Position numbers and translations under genes: made by a program. A stretch of 63,605 nt of DNA, filler included, from Olpidium bornovanus S191 (Eukaryota; Fungi; Olpidiomycota), in the NCBI GenBank assembly GCA_017911155.1. It is 28 parts of 28 records of this genome, joined end to end, with 100 filler letters (N's around TTAATTAATTAA, not from the genome) between each part and the next. Parts side by side here need not be neighbours in the genome. Positions count along the whole stretch, not along the records: positions 60,435 to 62,262 come from JAEFCI010002188.1; positions 62,363 to 63,605 come from JAEFCI010011475.1; 26 more parts are not named here. The stretch is one strand, 5' to 3'. Positions 60,753-63,605 of this stretch are shown in pieces (position 1 is the stretch's first letter; every line of letters starts with the position of its first letter). The notes under the pieces are model-generated. The model was not told the DNA's origin. It was given only the letters and a program-made list of their open reading frames with translations, and did not search any database.

Positions 60753-62262
60753 ATGGCGGTGCAGGCAGAGCCGGCCACCGCCGCCGCAGCGGACGGCGCA
60801 GGGAGCGGAGCGGAGGCCGGCGGGAACGGGCCGGCGGGACAGCCGCCCTCCGCTGGCGCGGCCAACGGGGCTCCGGCCGCGAAAGCGCCGGCGGGCGCGG
60901 CTGAACTGGCGGACGCGGCGGAAGACGCGCCCGCTGACGTGCCTTTTGTAGCCGGAATCATCTACCCGCCGCCGGACATCAGGAATATCGTCGACAAGAC
61001 GGCCAACTTCGTGGCGCGGAACGGTCCCACGTTTGAGGAGAGGATCAGGGAGAAGGAACGAAACAATCCGCGGTTCTGCTTCTTGAGCGAACAGGACCCC
61101 TACCATGCATACTACCAGCACAAGATTGAAGAGGTCAAGCAGGGAAAGGGCGGCCCGGCTGCGGCAGCCGCGGCAGGAGAGGACCAGAAGGGCGGAGGGA
61201 AGAGAATTGACGCGGAGAAACAGCAGGAGAAGCCAGAAAAGCCGAAGAGATACGTGCCGCCGGAACCCGCCCCGTTTCAGTTCACTGCGGACCTGCCGGG
61301 AATATCCGCACAGGACCTGTAAGTGCGTGTACGGGAGGGAAGAGGCGCCGGGCCGGAGTATATTTTCCGTTTGCCGCCTTCGTTATTTTTGATGTTTTTT
61401 TTTGCCACAACCCCAGGGACGTCATGAAGCTCACTGCGCAGTTTGTCGCGCGGAACGGGCGGCAGTTCATCACCACCCTCGCGCAGCGGGAGGCACGCAA
61501 CTACCAATTCGATTTCCTGAGGCCCAACCACTCCCTGTTCGGTTACTTTATGAAACTGGTGGATTACTACAGCAAAATCCTTGTGCCGGACAAGGAACTC
61601 CTGGCCCGGCTCAAAAGGGACCAGACGAACAAGTACGCTGTGCTGGAGAGGATCATGCAGCGCGTGGAATACGCCAGATACATGGCCGAGGAGAAGAAGA
61701 AGATGGAAGAGAAGCAGGATGCCGAAAGAGGTGTGGGCTCGGCCATGGTTTGCATAATCGGTGGATACCGACTACTCTGACGCAGCGTTCTTCACTGGCG
61801 CAGCGGCGTACAATGCCATTGACTGGCACGACTTCGTTGTCGTCGAGACCGTGGAGTTTACGGAAGCGGACGAAGCGCTTGATCTTCGACCGCCAATGAG
61901 CATCATGGAGCTCCAAACGATGACACTCGCGCAGAAGCGCATGGCTGCACTTTCTGCGGCCGTGACCATACCAGAATCGCCGGACGACATTGTATGTTAA
62001 AGTCCTTGTGCGTTCCCCTGGAACGATGACCGATAACCGCGTATGACGTTCTAATGACCAAAATGGCTGCCAATTTTTTTTTCAGGAGGAAGAACCAACA
62101 GAGGCTCCTGCGGCTCCTGTGGTTGCCACCACACCCACGACTCCAGCAGGACTTTCAACCTCACATCGAAAGCCCGAGAACGGTCCCACGGCCGTTAAGA
62201 TCCGCACTGACTACGTGCCGAAAGCCCTCGTCGGCAAAGCGGCCTCGTTTGGGGAGCCCATG
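60753..62262 (+). CDS. PRP21: Splicing factor 3A subunit 1 (two SURP domains plus Prp21 domain), 3'-incomplete
   Basis: IIYPPPDIRNIVDKTANFVARNGPTFEERI, DPYHAYYQHKI, DVMKLTAQFVARNGRQF, NYQFDFLRPNHSLF, AIDWHDFVVVETVEF. Confidence 0.95.
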
Positions 62263-62496
62263 NNNNNNNNNNNNNNNNNNNNNNNNNNNNNNNNNNNNNN
62301 NNNNNNTTAATTAATTAANNNNNNNNNNNNNNNNNNNNNNNNNNNNNNNNNNNNNNNNNNNNCATGGAACACGCCGGTGGCGGTGAGAGGGAAAACGTGG
62401 AAGTTAGGACGCAAAAAAAACGGGGGGGGGGACCGTTGACTGACTCTCGCCGTCGCCGCCGTCGTCGTCACCGGTTGCCGGTTGGTTTGCCTTTAG

Positions 62497-63605
62497 AGGC
62501 TCGCATCAACGACGTGGCGGTGAAGACGGACGTCGCCAAGCGGTCGGGGCCGAACCCAGTGTTCGACAACACCGTCACGCTGCCCATCATCGACGACCGC
62601 CGCTGGCTGGAGGTGTCGGCGTTCGCCGCCTACCCTTGGTTCCTGAGGGGCAACTCGCGCCTCGGCACCTGCGTGCTCGACCTCGCCGAGCTCGTGTTCA
62701 CCGAGGAGGAGTGCAGCGGGTGGTTCACCCTGGAGCACCCGAAAAAGCTCGGCGTGTGCGTCGGCGAGGTCAAGCTGGAGCTCACGTTTGTCAGCGTGAG
62801 CAAGGTAAGGCGTGCGCAAGGAGAGGGGTGCGGGCGGAGTCGGGGAGAAGTTGGAGGGAAGGAATTTGCGGGAGGAGCGCGGGAGAGCGGGAGGTGGGGC
62901 CGAGGAGGGAGGAAGGGGAGGCCCCGTTTTTGCCTGCTGGCGGCTTCTCCCCTCGTCTTGTTTTGCTTTCTCTCTCGACCTCTCCCGCGCTCCGAACCGT
63001 GGCCCCTTTCTCTGTTCCTTTTGTTGTTGCGGTTTTTGTTTTTTTTTTCCTTCTTTTTGTCGCGTTTCTTTTCATTTATTTACGTCTTGTCGCGTTTTTT
63101 ATTTACTGTTATTTTGTCGCGTTTCGCTTTTAAATTATCCGTTTTGTCACGTTTCGGTTTTATTTATTTTCGCGATTGTTTCATATTAATTTTTTTTTCC
63201 GTTTACTTATTTATTTTCCGCCGTGTTTCTTTTCTGTCTTTTTTTTTTTTTTTTTTTTTTCAATGTCGTCGCCCAGCTTCGTCGTTACAGCTTTCGGCCG
63301 TCGGACGGGCCGGCCGCGGCGGAGCCGAGAAGCGGGCCCAGTTCGGAACACGCCCGAGCCTCTCCGGCGGCGGCGGCGGCGGCGCGCGAAACAGTGGCCC
63401 TGCCGATCTACAACCAGTTCGTCCGGATGCGGACCGCCTTCGCCTCGGCCGGCGAACCCAAAAGAGCCTGCAGCGGCAAGCGGTCGGCCGGCGAAGCCAA
63501 AAGGGCCTACAGCGGCAAGCGGCCGGCCGGCGAACCCAAAAGAGCCTTCAGCGGCAAGCGGCCGGCCGGCGAAGCCAAAAGGGCTTATAGCGGCAAGTGG
63601 CCGGC
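62497..63605 (+). CDS. C2-domain protein fragment (exon 62497-62804) with a repetitive low-complexity downstream exon; Inn1/Fic1-like architecture possible
   Basis: KTDVAKRSGPNPVFDNTVTLPI...LEVSAF...RLGTCVLDLAEL...GWFTLE...GEVKLELTF is a C2 beta-sandwich pattern. Confidence 0.75.
63446..63605. repeat. 39-bp tandem repeat, about 4 copies, truncated by the window end
   Basis: CGGCCGGCGAA units start at 63446, 63485, 63524 and 63563. Confidence 0.93.

Overview
This is eukaryotic, GC-rich, intron-containing DNA, and it is not one contiguous locus. It consists of 28 short contigs (about 1-4.4 kb) joined by 27 identical 100-bp artificial linkers (N44-TTAATTAATTAA-N44), so gene order across linkers carries no information. 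The gene content combines fungal housekeeping genes (LEU2, CHO2, TFG1, BUD6/AIP3, YIP1, ALG3, PRP21/SF3A1, APC1, ADK2/AK3, a GPAT/DHAPAT-type acyltransferase, a Zn alcohol dehydrogenase, a probable NHX1 tail) with motile-cilium genes (DNAH5/8-type outer-arm dynein heavy chain, DNAAF4/DYX1C1, probable CFAP74). It also has 'animal-like' genes lost in yeasts (ZWILCH, an NBAS-type Sec39). This points to a zoosporic fungus; an Olpidium-like draft is my inference and is not proven by the sequence. Several decayed LTR-retrotransposon remnants and short tandem duplications are present. All homology calls come from recalled family motifs, not database searches. The best candidates for novelty are: (i) a complete 3-exon, 406-aa predicted type-I membrane protein with two copies of an unrecognised Cys-rich module separated by a Kex2-like KR site (53179-54601); (ii) a spliced, uninterrupted gene with two copia-Gag-type zinc knuckles (22504-24127); (iii) a paraoxonase-like lactonase with an intact catalytic residue set. 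No rRNA, tRNA, CRISPR array or prokaryote-type system is supported. 24 of the 54 internal contig ends lie at or within 2 nt of CATG, a library or assembly signature.
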